Virus record (IMG/VR): IMGVR_UViG_3300024257_000004 | Reading direction: 5' to 3' (one strand) | DNA: 29,038 nucleotides | DNA from: a virus | Lineage: Duplodnaviria; Heunggongvirae; Uroviricota; Caudoviricetes; Schitoviridae | Shown: positions 9,340 through 17,474 of the stretch, piece by piece | How positions within the stretch are numbered: position 1 is the first letter of the stretch | How the letters are laid out: each line of letters starts with the position of its first letter | The notes under the pieces: generated by a model | Told to the model about the DNA's origin: nothing | Databases searched by the model: none | What the model saw: the letters and a program-made list of their open reading frames with translations, nothing else | Made by a program: the position numbers and the translations under genes

Positions 9340-9372
9340 TTCAACGTGACTTAAGGATATACTAGGTATAAT
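9340..9372 (+). promoter_or_regulatory. Putative sigma70-type promoter (TTCAAC-N5-TTAAG-N11-TATAAT)
   Basis: Perfect TATAAT at 9367-9372 preceded by gg; box spacing identical to the other sites. Confidence 0.7.
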
Positions 9373-9386
9373 CTAGTATATCTTTT
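9353..9386 (+). terminator. Inverted repeat (terminator-like and/or operator) overlapping the promoter
   Basis: AAGGATATACTAG-GTATAAT-CTAGTATATCTTT is a 13-bp stem with one G.U pair, ending in T4. Confidence 0.6.
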
Positions 9387-9487
9387 CGGTAGACCTAAAT
9401 AACGTCTAAAAACTTATTTGAGTATCCTCGCTTAGAGGAAGTTGTCCCAAACAGGGACGTGCAAATAAAAAATAGAAAAGGAAACAA

Positions 9488-12079
9488 ATGAGTATAGTAC
9501 AACAAATGGGTACTAAAACCGGTGCCGAATTCAAAGCCCATAGGCTGAGAATTGAAACACTAGAAGATTTTTCGGAAGCTACTACAAGCTTAAACCTTGT
9601 AGGCAATCAGTTAGAGTATACTGACGAAGATGGTGTAGTTACTACACACGACTTATCATTATATTTAGATGACACAAATTTAGCAAGGCTAGTTAATGGT
9701 ACACTAGATAGTCAAACGGGTATAGCAACTTTTACAAGAGATGATGGATCTACATTTACTGTAGATTTTAGCGCTTTCTTTGATGACACACAAGTTGTTG
9801 TTAATGATACTTTAACAAGTACTTCTACTACAGAAGCATTATCAGCTAATCAAGGTAAAGTGTTAAATGCTAATAAGTTAGGTATTAACGCAAAAGCAGT
9901 TGACTCTGATAAACTAGATGGTAAAGACAGTTCAGAATTTGCTTTAGCTCATTCACATCCATTTGCAAGTGATACACATAATCATGATACGAATTACTTA
10001 GGTATAACAGCTACTGCATCAAATGCTAGTAAGCTAGAAAATAAAACTCTAGCTACTATTAAAACAGAAGTTGTTGATTCTATTGTTAATGGTGCTGGTG
10101 GAGCGTATGATACATTAAAAGAATTAGAAACTGAAATAAAAGCTAATGATGGTGATATTTCAACTGTAATTACTAATTTAGGTGATAAGGTAAGTAAAAC
10201 ATCATCACAAGCTATGAGAGCAACAGATGCTTTAACTGTTAGTGATGACACAATTACTATTCATAAAGGTGATGGAACTAGTGAATCTGTAAGTATTGCT
10301 GATTCTAATACTTGGAGAAGTATTTCTGATAGTGTAACATCTACAAGTAATTCGGTATCTGCTTCATCTAATGCAGTTAAGACTGCTTACGATAAAGCTA
10401 ATCATTCACATCCATATTTAGGAAGTACAGCAAAAGCTGTTGACTCTGATAAACTAGATGGACAACACGCTAGTGCTTTTGCTACTAGTGCTCAAGGAAC
10501 ACTAGCAACTAATGCTTTACCTAAAACGGGTGGCACTATGACTGGCAAGTTGACCCTTAATGCAGTCACACCTCAAATAGACTTTAACGGTACCTCAGAT
10601 AGTGGTGTTGATATGGCTATTAAGGCTACTCCGGAAGGATTGGATTTCTTTGAGCCTGAAGATAGTAATAAGATACATTTTCAAATACTAGATGATGCTG
10701 GGGTAAATGCACCTTATGGTTATAAGGTAGGAACTACATCGGTTATTGAATCAGATGCTAAAATCGATGCAAACAAGATTAAAAACGTACCTGCTTCTTG
10801 GCTTATAGGTGATACAGATACGAACACTTGGAGAAGTATTTCTGATAGTGTAACATCTACAAGTACAAGTGTATCTGCTTCATCTAAGGCTGTTAAGACT
10901 GCTTATGATAAAGCTAATCATTCACACAACTACTTACCTAGTTCTGGTGGTAGAATTGACAATGGTACTAATACTACAGTTGAAATCAAATGTGATGATG
11001 CTGGTAAAGCTATGCTTAATGTTTCAGGTGATGGACAAGGTACTGGTCAAGTATATGTAGGTCAATCAAATGATCATGGTGGTGGTATCGAATATAACGG
11101 AGATAATAATCCTAGTACAACTGGTGCTGGATCTGACCATATTACATTATTTAGAAAAGCTGCTGGAACTTACACATGGACTGCTAGAAACCAGGTTAAT
11201 AGCAATAACTGGGAATTTAGAGGTGATATTAAAGCACCAACATTTACGGGTACTGCATCAAATGCTGATAAATTAGATGGAATTAATAGTTCTCAATTCC
11301 TAAGAAGCGATGCAGATGATACTATGAACGGGACACTTACTCTACAATCAACTGGTTCTGTAGGTATAAATATTAATGCTGACACAGATAACGCTACAGA
11401 AACAGATTTGCCATTTATGAAGATGACTCAAGATGGCGGAATAGGAGAATTAACTGTAGGTGTAGATAACAACAGTCCGTATATTTTCCCAAACCGTACA
11501 GATAATGCTGACCAAAATAGTGATAATAACCAACTGCATATTAAGCAAAAAAATGGAACATTTGGGAAGGTATGGCACTCACTTAATGATGGCGCAGGTT
11601 CAGGATTAGATGCTGATAAGTTAGACGGTAAAGATTCAAGTGCATTCAACCAAATAATTGGTACTGATAGTGATATCAATACTTCAGGTGCTACAATTGT
11701 AGATAATATTTATGTAACTGATGGTGTTATTACATCAATGGGTACAAGAACATTAACACCTGCAGATATTGGAGCAGCTACTACTGCAGATTTAGCTGGT
11801 GGGTTAACTGATTCTGGGCATAGTTACGCTACTAACGGTTATCAAAAATTAAGCAATGGTTTGATTATTCAATGGGGTAAAAAACAAGGTGCAGGGAAAA
11901 CTCTTGTAACTTTCCCTATTGCTTTCCCTACTGCATGCTTAAATGTAAACTTAGTTACTCAATATAACGGCTATACTACAGCAAATGGTAATATATACCC
12001 AACACCTACAACAACTAGTTTTTATGGGCATATATACAACACATCTTACTATGGATACTGGTTCGCAATAGGATATTAA
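9488..12079 (+). CDS. Tail fibre / receptor-binding protein (863 aa) with C-terminal gp53-like domain
   Basis: Contains VVNDTLTSTSTTEALSANQGK, GAGGAYDTLKEL, two tail-fibre repeats (SISDSVTSTS..SASS.AVKTAYDKAN), four (A/S)DKLDG motifs, LPKTGGTMTG, and C-terminal NGYQKLSNGLIIQWG...VTFPIAFP...YWFAIGY. Confidence 0.9.
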   Translation: MSIVQQMGTKTGAEFKAHRLRIETLEDFSEATTSLNLVGNQLEYTDEDGVVTTHDLSLYLDDTNLARLVNGTLDSQTGIATFTRDDGSTFTVDFSAFFDDTQVVVNDTLTSTSTTEALSANQGKVLNANKLGINAKAVDSDKLDGKDSSEFALAHSHPFASDTHNHDTNYLGITATASNASKLENKTLATIKTEVVDSIVNGAGGAYDTLKELETEIKANDGDISTVITNLGDKVSKTSSQAMRATDALTVSDDTITIHKGDGTSESVSIADSNTWRSISDSVTSTSNSVSASSNAVKTAYDKANHSHPYLGSTAKAVDSDKLDGQHASAFATSAQGTLATNALPKTGGTMTGKLTLNAVTPQIDFNGTSDSGVDMAIKATPEGLDFFEPEDSNKIHFQILDDAGVNAPYGYKVGTTSVIESDAKIDANKIKNVPASWLIGDTDTNTWRSISDSVTSTSTSVSASSKAVKTAYDKANHSHNYLPSSGGRIDNGTNTTVEIKCDDAGKAMLNVSGDGQGTGQVYVGQSNDHGGGIEYNGDNNPSTTGAGSDHITLFRKAAGTYTWTARNQVNSNNWEFRGDIKAPTFTGTASNADKLDGINSSQFLRSDADDTMNGTLTLQSTGSVGININADTDNATETDLPFMKMTQDGGIGELTVGVDNNSPYIFPNRTDNADQNSDNNQLHIKQKNGTFGKVWHSLNDGAGSGLDADKLDGKDSSAFNQIIGTDSDINTSGATIVDNIYVTDGVITSMGTRTLTPADIGAATTADLAGGLTDSGHSYATNGYQKLSNGLIIQWGKKQGAGKTLVTFPIAFPTACLNVNLVTQYNGYTTANGNIYPTPTTTSFYGHIYNTSYYGYWFAIGY
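10310..10926 (+). repeat. 101-bp direct repeat, copies at 10310-10410 and 10826-10926
   Basis: 93 of 101 bases identical by hand alignment, first 40 bp identical; offset 516 bp (172 codons, in frame). Confidence 0.95.
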
Positions 12080-12088
12080 GGATAAATA

Positions 12089-12439
12089 ATGAAAATAGCA
12101 AATATAGATAACGATAACAAACTATTAGGATGGTACGATTCAAATATTCATTCTGTAATCCCTACTCCTAATGTAGAAGTAACAGACGAGCAATGGCAAG
12201 TTGCTTTAGATAATGGACACAATAAAGTTAATCAAGACGGTTCAACTGAAGTTTTTGACTTTAGAAGTGAAGAAGAAATTGCTGAAGCTGAAGCAAATGA
12301 ATATAAGGTTTTAAGACAAGCAGAGTACCCATCAATTGAAGATTATGTTGATGGTATTGTAAAAGGCGATGACGCTCAAGTACAAGAATATATTGATAAG
12401 TGTTTAGAAGTAAAAGCTAAATACCCAAAACCAGAATAG
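12089..12439 (+). CDS. Tail fibre assembly/chaperone protein
   Basis: Follows the fibre; GWYDSNIH..IP...VEVTDEQWQ N-terminus and RQAEYPSIEDY...VKAKYPKP C-terminus. Confidence 0.8.
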   Translation: MKIANIDNDNKLLGWYDSNIHSVIPTPNVEVTDEQWQVALDNGHNKVNQDGSTEVFDFRSEEEIAEAEANEYKVLRQAEYPSIEDYVDGIVKGDDAQVQEYIDKCLEVKAKYPKPE

Positions 12440-12461
12440 AATCAAACTATTAAATTGACTA

Positions 12462-12487
12462 GGAACCAGATGAAATACTCTGGTTCT
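12462..12487. other. Intergenic hairpin closing the fibre-chaperone cassette
   Basis: GGAACCAGA-TGAAATAC-TCTGGTTCT is a 9-bp stem with one terminal G.U pair; no clear U tract. Confidence 0.5.
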
Positions 12488-12514
12488 ATGTGAGTTTACT
12501 AGAAAGGAGACAAC

Positions 12515-12793
12515 ATGGAAAAGATAATAGATATACTAATTAAACTAGCCGCTAGAGGGTTAAAAGGGTTACTAGCTAAGTCTGCTAGTAGAAGTAAAAG
12601 AGTGACTAAACTTGTAGAAGTTATGAGTGATGAGGATGTACTAGAGCTGATGAAAGAAGGTAGTAAATACCTTGCGGCTAAAAGTACAAACTCGATTGAT
12701 GATAAGTTAGTTGCTGAGTTAAGTAAGCAAACTACACTAAAGAGTAGTGCTCAGAGAAGGACTGTTAAACGTCCTATAACGAAAAGGGGGTAA
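12515..12793 (+). CDS. Hypothetical lysis-module protein (92 aa), amphipathic and basic
   Basis: AAGGAG RBS; LAAKSTNSIDDKLVAEL motif seen in small phage proteins near lysis genes. Confidence 0.6.
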   Translation: MEKIIDILIKLAARGLKGLLAKSASRSKRVTKLVEVMSDEDVLELMKEGSKYLAAKSTNSIDDKLVAELSKQTTLKSSAQRRTVKRPITKRG

Positions 12794-12798
12794 GTAAA

Positions 12799-13164
12799 AT
12801 GTTTGGATTACTAAAAGGAACTGGAGTAGTAGACTCAATAACTAAATTAGGTATGGAGCTGATTGAGACTGACAAAGAAAGTGCTGAAGCTAAAGCTATA
12901 CTATACAAGTCAATTGACCCTAACGGTAAGATGAGAAGAGATATCAGTTCACGAGTTACTAGTATGTACAGTGTATACATTGGGTTAACTATGGTACTGG
13001 TATTAGCTAGTGCATTCGACGTAGGTGATCCTAAACAGGTACAAGCCGCAGTAACTAATTTGACTGACTTGTTCACACCTATTACAGCTATGTTCGGAGC
13101 AATTGTAGGGGCATCGTTTGGTACTAACGTGTCTAATAACTGGAAAGATAAAAATAGTAATTGA
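12799..13164 (+). CDS. Holin (GTA-type 3TM holin-like)
   Basis: LIETDKESAEAK N-terminal segment, followed by hydrophobic helices VYIGLTMVLVLASAF and LFTPITAMFGAIVGASFG. Confidence 0.7.
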   Translation: MFGLLKGTGVVDSITKLGMELIETDKESAEAKAILYKSIDPNGKMRRDISSRVTSMYSVYIGLTMVLVLASAFDVGDPKQVQAAVTNLTDLFTPITAMFGAIVGASFGTNVSNNWKDKNSN

Positions 13165-13166
13165 TA

Positions 13167-13199
13167 TTCAGCTGATATTCAGTAATGTGCAGATATAAT
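13167..13199 (+). promoter_or_regulatory. Putative sigma70-type promoter (TTCAGC-N5-TTCAG-N11-TATAAT)
   Basis: Intergenic, starts just after the holin stop; perfect TATAAT at 13194-13199. Confidence 0.7.
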
Positions 13200-13233
13200 G
13201 AGTACAAATAAAGCGTATAGGTATTAGTAAAAA

Positions 13234-13590
13234 ATGGAATCATTAATAATTAAATCAGTAGACTACATTATAGCAAACGGTTTCATGGCAGCAGTACCTA
13301 TAGTTACTATGCTACTGGTAGCAGGGGCATGGAAGTACAGGCTAAAACCCGTATACCTAAACACTAAAAGTACTAACAGTACTGTGAGCAAGATAGTAAC
13401 ATCAATTGGAACTATGGCAGGAAAGTCAAAAGACGGTCACCAGAAGATAATTGAAGAAATTCAAACTACCTCTAGCGCTATTAAAGGCACACTAGAGCAG
13501 ATGGAAAAGGATAACTTAGCTGCTAGTATAAAAAATGAAATGAAGTTAGACGAGCTACTAAGAACTAGTAGATCAGGAAGAGGATTATAA
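13234..13590 (+). CDS. Single-pass membrane protein with coiled-coil tail (118 aa), holin-like topology
   Basis: TM segment IIANGFMAAVPIVTMLLVAGAW followed by KYRLK (positive-inside, so the C-terminus is predicted cytoplasmic). Confidence 0.6.
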   Translation: MESLIIKSVDYIIANGFMAAVPIVTMLLVAGAWKYRLKPVYLNTKSTNSTVSKIVTSIGTMAGKSKDGHQKIIEEIQTTSSAIKGTLEQMEKDNLAASIKNEMKLDELLRTSRSGRGL

Positions 13591-13591
13591 G

Positions 13592-14422
13592 ATGATTAAA
13601 GGTTACGAGTATTTCGAAAATAACATAAAGTTCAGAGCTAAGAGTAGTATAACATTAGCTAAGTACAAAGAAATGCAGGCGTTTAATCTGGATGAGATGA
13701 TACACGGTAATCACCCATTCCCTAAAGGTGTAAGAGAAATATTCCTACTGAAGTTAGACTTGTGGTTCAGATTCCTACTAACACTGGAAGAACAGATGAT
13801 TAAGTTAGATAAATTGCTTCTGGCTGACGCTGATGTTAACTTAGTTAAACAAACTGCACTAATGACATCAGGTAAGTACTCAGTTATAATGGAAGACGAA
13901 GCGTACAACGATCACTTTAATGAGAAGATTTACGGAGTGTGGAAAGAAGTACATGCTCCACTATTCGAATACTTACTTAAAGTAATAGATAACGTTTACG
14001 GACTAGAGCCTATTACGGCATTTACAAAAATTGGTAAAGAACTAATAACTATACTAGAGACTACACTATTTGAACTATTTGAAATAACTAGTTTTGCGTG
14101 TAGACGTGATACTGATGACGCTGAGGGCTGTAGTAACTGCTTCGGTGATTCAACTGGTTGTATTAATAAACTTAATGAAGTTAAAGTACCTGTTGTGTGT
14201 TTCAGTGATATATGCAATAGCTACAGTGGAATGTTTGGAGTATCGCTTACGTCGTTAAGACTTGATGTGTACTCAAAGTACTTCGAATTCAGTAAAATAG
14301 GCGTAAGAGACTACACAGAAAAGGGCGCTAACCCTGTGTGCATAAAATCGCTTGTAGCGAAGCTAGAAACTAACGGTGTAGAGATAGATCTATCAGAGTC
14401 AATACCTAGAAGAGGACACTAA
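13592..14422 (+). CDS. Hypothetical protein (276 aa) with Cys-rich segment
   Basis: Long ORF coupled to the upstream gene; segment ACRRDTDDAEGCSNCFGDSTGC...VVCFSDIC. Confidence 0.8.
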   Translation: MIKGYEYFENNIKFRAKSSITLAKYKEMQAFNLDEMIHGNHPFPKGVREIFLLKLDLWFRFLLTLEEQMIKLDKLLLADADVNLVKQTALMTSGKYSVIMEDEAYNDHFNEKIYGVWKEVHAPLFEYLLKVIDNVYGLEPITAFTKIGKELITILETTLFELFEITSFACRRDTDDAEGCSNCFGDSTGCINKLNEVKVPVVCFSDICNSYSGMFGVSLTSLRLDVYSKYFEFSKIGVRDYTEKGANPVCIKSLVAKLETNGVEIDLSESIPRRGH

Positions 14423-14452
14423 AAAGTTAGCGGTTCCAGTACCTGCCACTAA
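14421..14452 (-). terminator. Rho-independent terminator oriented on the minus strand
   Basis: The minus strand reads TTAGTGG-CAG-GTA-CTG-GAA-CCGCTAA-CTTTTT. The stem has a G.U pair on the minus strand but a C.A mismatch and no U tract on the plus strand. Confidence 0.55.
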
Positions 14453-14595
14453 TAAAATAAATTATTTATAATTTCATTTTGACTCCTTTAAAGATAAAAA
14501 ATATACAATAAGGATTAAATGGTATAGTGTGTATGTAGTATAGTGGTGTATTCTCCTTCAGCACTATATTATCATGTACATAGTAAGGATTAGCA

Positions 14596-15153
14596 ATGAC
14601 TAAATTAGAAATAGAACTGCTTGAAAAACTAGAAGGGTTTGAAGCATTCAGTTATAAAGACAAGCATGACAACACTCCAGGTAATCCAGATGACAACGTA
14701 ACAGTAGGTTATGGATTCAACATGGATGGACACGGAGCCAGAGACGTATGGAGTAGACTAGATATAGAAGAAGACTTCGACGGCGTTAGAGATGATAACC
14801 ACGAACTGTCAAGAGAGTCTGCTGCTAAGTTATTAGAAGACTTCTGGGAGAACTGCGAAGACGCTGCAAAGCTTAGGTGTGATGAAGTAAGTATTAGATA
14901 TGGAGCACTACCAGAATGGCATAGGTTCATACTAGCTGATGTTGTGTACAATACTGGATCAATTAGTAACTGGTACAAAGTAATAGTTATGAAGAATCCA
15001 GAGGCAGTACTATACGAATCAAGACGTAAGGATGCTGACGGTGGACATACACTAGACAGTAGAATAGCTAAAATAGGCTACGCATTTGGTCTAATCGAGT
15101 CGCTAGAAGATGCACACCGAATCGGACTAACTGAAGCAAAGTACATTAGTTAA
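14596..15153 (+). CDS. Endolysin, GH24 (T4/phage lysozyme-like) muramidase
   Basis: E13-G...D22...TVGYGFN catalytic arrangement; later DVVYNTG motif; AAGGA RBS; lies between holins and portal. Confidence 0.85.
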   Translation: MTKLEIELLEKLEGFEAFSYKDKHDNTPGNPDDNVTVGYGFNMDGHGARDVWSRLDIEEDFDGVRDDNHELSRESAAKLLEDFWENCEDAAKLRCDEVSIRYGALPEWHRFILADVVYNTGSISNWYKVIVMKNPEAVLYESRRKDADGGHTLDSRIAKIGYAFGLIESLEDAHRIGLTEAKYIS

Positions 15154-15182
15154 GATAAATTTAAGAGAATGTGCGCTAAAAT
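15150..15182 (+). promoter_or_regulatory. Putative sigma70-type promoter for the portal (TTAAGA-N5-TTAAG-N11-TAAAAT)
   Basis: Two perfect TTAAG boxes 11 bp apart; gcTAAAAT at 15175-15182. Confidence 0.7.
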
Positions 15183-15209
15183 AGACAGAATAACTCATAG
15201 GGAGATTTG

Positions 15210-17474
15210 ATGATCGTAGATAATGCTGAATCAGTAGACAATTCACAAGAAACTAAGCTAACTTCGTGGAAGAGCGAACCTTCATTCAATGACTTATATG
15301 AAGACTACAAGCAAGCTCAGGAAGACCATTCTCAGTGGTTACTGAAGCTTGATGAGAGAAAAGTAAACCTAGACGGTGGACCTGAATTAGAGGTACCGAA
15401 AGGTAAAAGTACAGTTAGACCAAAGTTGATTAGAAAGCAACATGAATGGTTATACCCGTCACTAGAAGAACCGTTCCTGAATACTGAGGATATGTTCGAT
15501 ATCAAACCGAGAACTGCTGAAGACATTAATGCCGCTAAGCAAAATAGTTTAATGTTAAATTACCAATGGGCTACTAAAGTAGACAAAGTAAAACTAGTTG
15601 GGGACATTGTGAGAACTGATGTAGACGAAGGTACTGTAATAGTTAAGACTGGTTGGGTTGTAGAAGAAGAGATCGTTGAAGTAGAAAAAGATTTCCCAGT
15701 ATACGCTAGCCCAGAAGAAAGCTACATGATGCTACAACAAGCAGTTGAATCAGGTCAAATGGATCCAGCTCAAGCTCAAGCAATGCTGGAGAGTGGAGAA
15801 CCAGTTCAGACTGGAGTACAAACACAAATAGTTGAAGAGCCTAGATTAATCAAGAATCATCCTACGTACGAAGTATGTAATAACTATAATGTAATCATCG
15901 ATCCTACATGTGAAGGTGTAGTAGAGAACGCTCAGTTCATTATTCACGAGTATGAAACAGACATGAACACACTTAAGAAACAAGAGTACTCATGCGAAGT
16001 ATGTGAAACAGTAGTTGACGGAGTTAGTACTACAACTAAGGAAGAACAAGGTATTTACAAGAACTTAGATAAAGTTGTACTCGACAGTAAAGCTAGAGAG
16101 TTCTACAATGAATATGAACAACAAACTACATTCGAGTTTAAAGATAAAGCTAGAAAAAAATTAACAGCGTACGAATACTGGGGTTACTGGGACATTGACG
16201 GTTCAGGCGAAACTACAGCAGTAGTTGCTACATGGATAGGTAAAGTACTAGTTAGAATGGAAGAAAACCCATTCCCTCACGGAGAATTACCGTTTAGTGT
16301 TGAAAGATACATGCCTGTTAAAGGTGAAGTATACGGAGAGACTGACGGGGACTTACTAGCTGAGAACCAAGATAGTATCGGTAAAATGACTAGGGCAGCT
16401 CATGATATTACTGCAGACCAGGCAATTGGTCAAGAGTTCATTGATGAACAATTCTTTGCTAGTCCACTACAAAAAGATAACTACAAAGCCGGTAGGACAG
16501 TTTACTTCAGATCAGGTAAAGATCCAAGAACTAGTATCCACAAGAACAGTGTAACACCGGTACCACGTACAGTATTCGACATGATCGGACTACAGAAAGA
16601 AGACGCTGAGACATACAGTTCAGTAAGGCCATTTGGTGGAGATACTGCGTCACAAAACTTAGGTAACAAGAATACGCAGAGTAGGTCAGCATTAGATGCT
16701 ACAAGTAAGAGACAACTAAGTACACTACGAAGACTAAGTAACTTATTCAAAGACATGGCTAGAAAAACTATTATAATGAATCAAGCATACCTAGATGAGG
16801 AAGAAGTAGTTAGAGTTACTGCTGAAGAATTCGTTAAAGTAAGACGAGAAGACCTAATGGGTGAGTTCGACTTAAAGATTGATGTTAGTACTCCAGAGAA
16901 AGATCAACAAGAAGCCCAAGAGCTTACTATGTTGCTACAAACTAACGGTCCGCAAATGGATCCAAAGATGTACCAAATAACTATGGCTAAGATTGCTAGA
17001 CTAATGAAGCAACCAGACTTAGCTAAACAGTACGAAGAGCATGAACCGCAGCCAGATCCAATGCAGCAACAGCTACAGCAAATGGAAATGGAAAAAATGC
17101 AGTTAGAGATGCAAAAATTACAAATGGAAATAGCTGACTTAGCTAAGGGTATCGAGTCTGAAGATAGTAAGATAACAGAAAGAAATTCAAGAGTTGAACA
17201 AAATCTGAGAAGTGAAATGGCTGAAAACTTCGCTGAAGCTAGAAAGAAAAATGCTCAAGCGGAGTTAACTACAGCCCAAGCTGACAAGTTAAGAAGTGAA
17301 ACAGACTTACTGGACCAAAAATTCGTTAGATCGAATGATGGATTAGACAGAATCGAAAAGCTGGAAGACGAAGCCATGAAGCATGACAGAAAGATGAACG
17401 AGAGAGAACACCAAAGAGTAACTGACTTAGATAAGCAGGCATTTACAGAATTAAATAAAAGAGGACCACAATAA
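15210..17474 (+). CDS. Portal protein, N4 gp59-like
   Basis: LTSWKSEP...PKGKSTVRPKLIRKQHEWLYPSLEEPFL...LNYQW, AYEYWGYWDIDGSG...ENPFP, GEFDLKIDVST; ATG 15210 is 5 nt from GGGAG, so it is preferred over TTG 15207. Confidence 0.93.
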   Translation: MIVDNAESVDNSQETKLTSWKSEPSFNDLYEDYKQAQEDHSQWLLKLDERKVNLDGGPELEVPKGKSTVRPKLIRKQHEWLYPSLEEPFLNTEDMFDIKPRTAEDINAAKQNSLMLNYQWATKVDKVKLVGDIVRTDVDEGTVIVKTGWVVEEEIVEVEKDFPVYASPEESYMMLQQAVESGQMDPAQAQAMLESGEPVQTGVQTQIVEEPRLIKNHPTYEVCNNYNVIIDPTCEGVVENAQFIIHEYETDMNTLKKQEYSCEVCETVVDGVSTTTKEEQGIYKNLDKVVLDSKAREFYNEYEQQTTFEFKDKARKKLTAYEYWGYWDIDGSGETTAVVATWIGKVLVRMEENPFPHGELPFSVERYMPVKGEVYGETDGDLLAENQDSIGKMTRAAHDITADQAIGQEFIDEQFFASPLQKDNYKAGRTVYFRSGKDPRTSIHKNSVTPVPRTVFDMIGLQKEDAETYSSVRPFGGDTASQNLGNKNTQSRSALDATSKRQLSTLRRLSNLFKDMARKTIIMNQAYLDEEEVVRVTAEEFVKVRREDLMGEFDLKIDVSTPEKDQQEAQELTMLLQTNGPQMDPKMYQITMAKIARLMKQPDLAKQYEEHEPQPDPMQQQLQQMEMEKMQLEMQKLQMEIADLAKGIESEDSKITERNSRVEQNLRSEMAENFAEARKKNAQAELTTAQADKLRSETDLLDQKFVRSNDGLDRIEKLEDEAMKHDRKMNEREHQRVTDLDKQAFTELNKRGPQ

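Noticed and set aside
10310-10926. Possible DGR template/variable repeat pair
   Set aside because: Mismatches are not adenine-specific, both copies are internal and in frame, and no reverse transcriptase is present in the window.
10869-11276. Plus-strand alternative-frame ORFs of 63 and 68 aa inside the tail fibre
   Set aside because: No RBS, no lipobox and no slippery site seen; shadows of T/A-ending codons.
13234-13590. 118-aa membrane protein as an i-spanin
   Set aside because: The basic patch after the TM segment predicts a cytoplasmic C-terminus, and no embedded or adjacent lipoprotein o-spanin was found.
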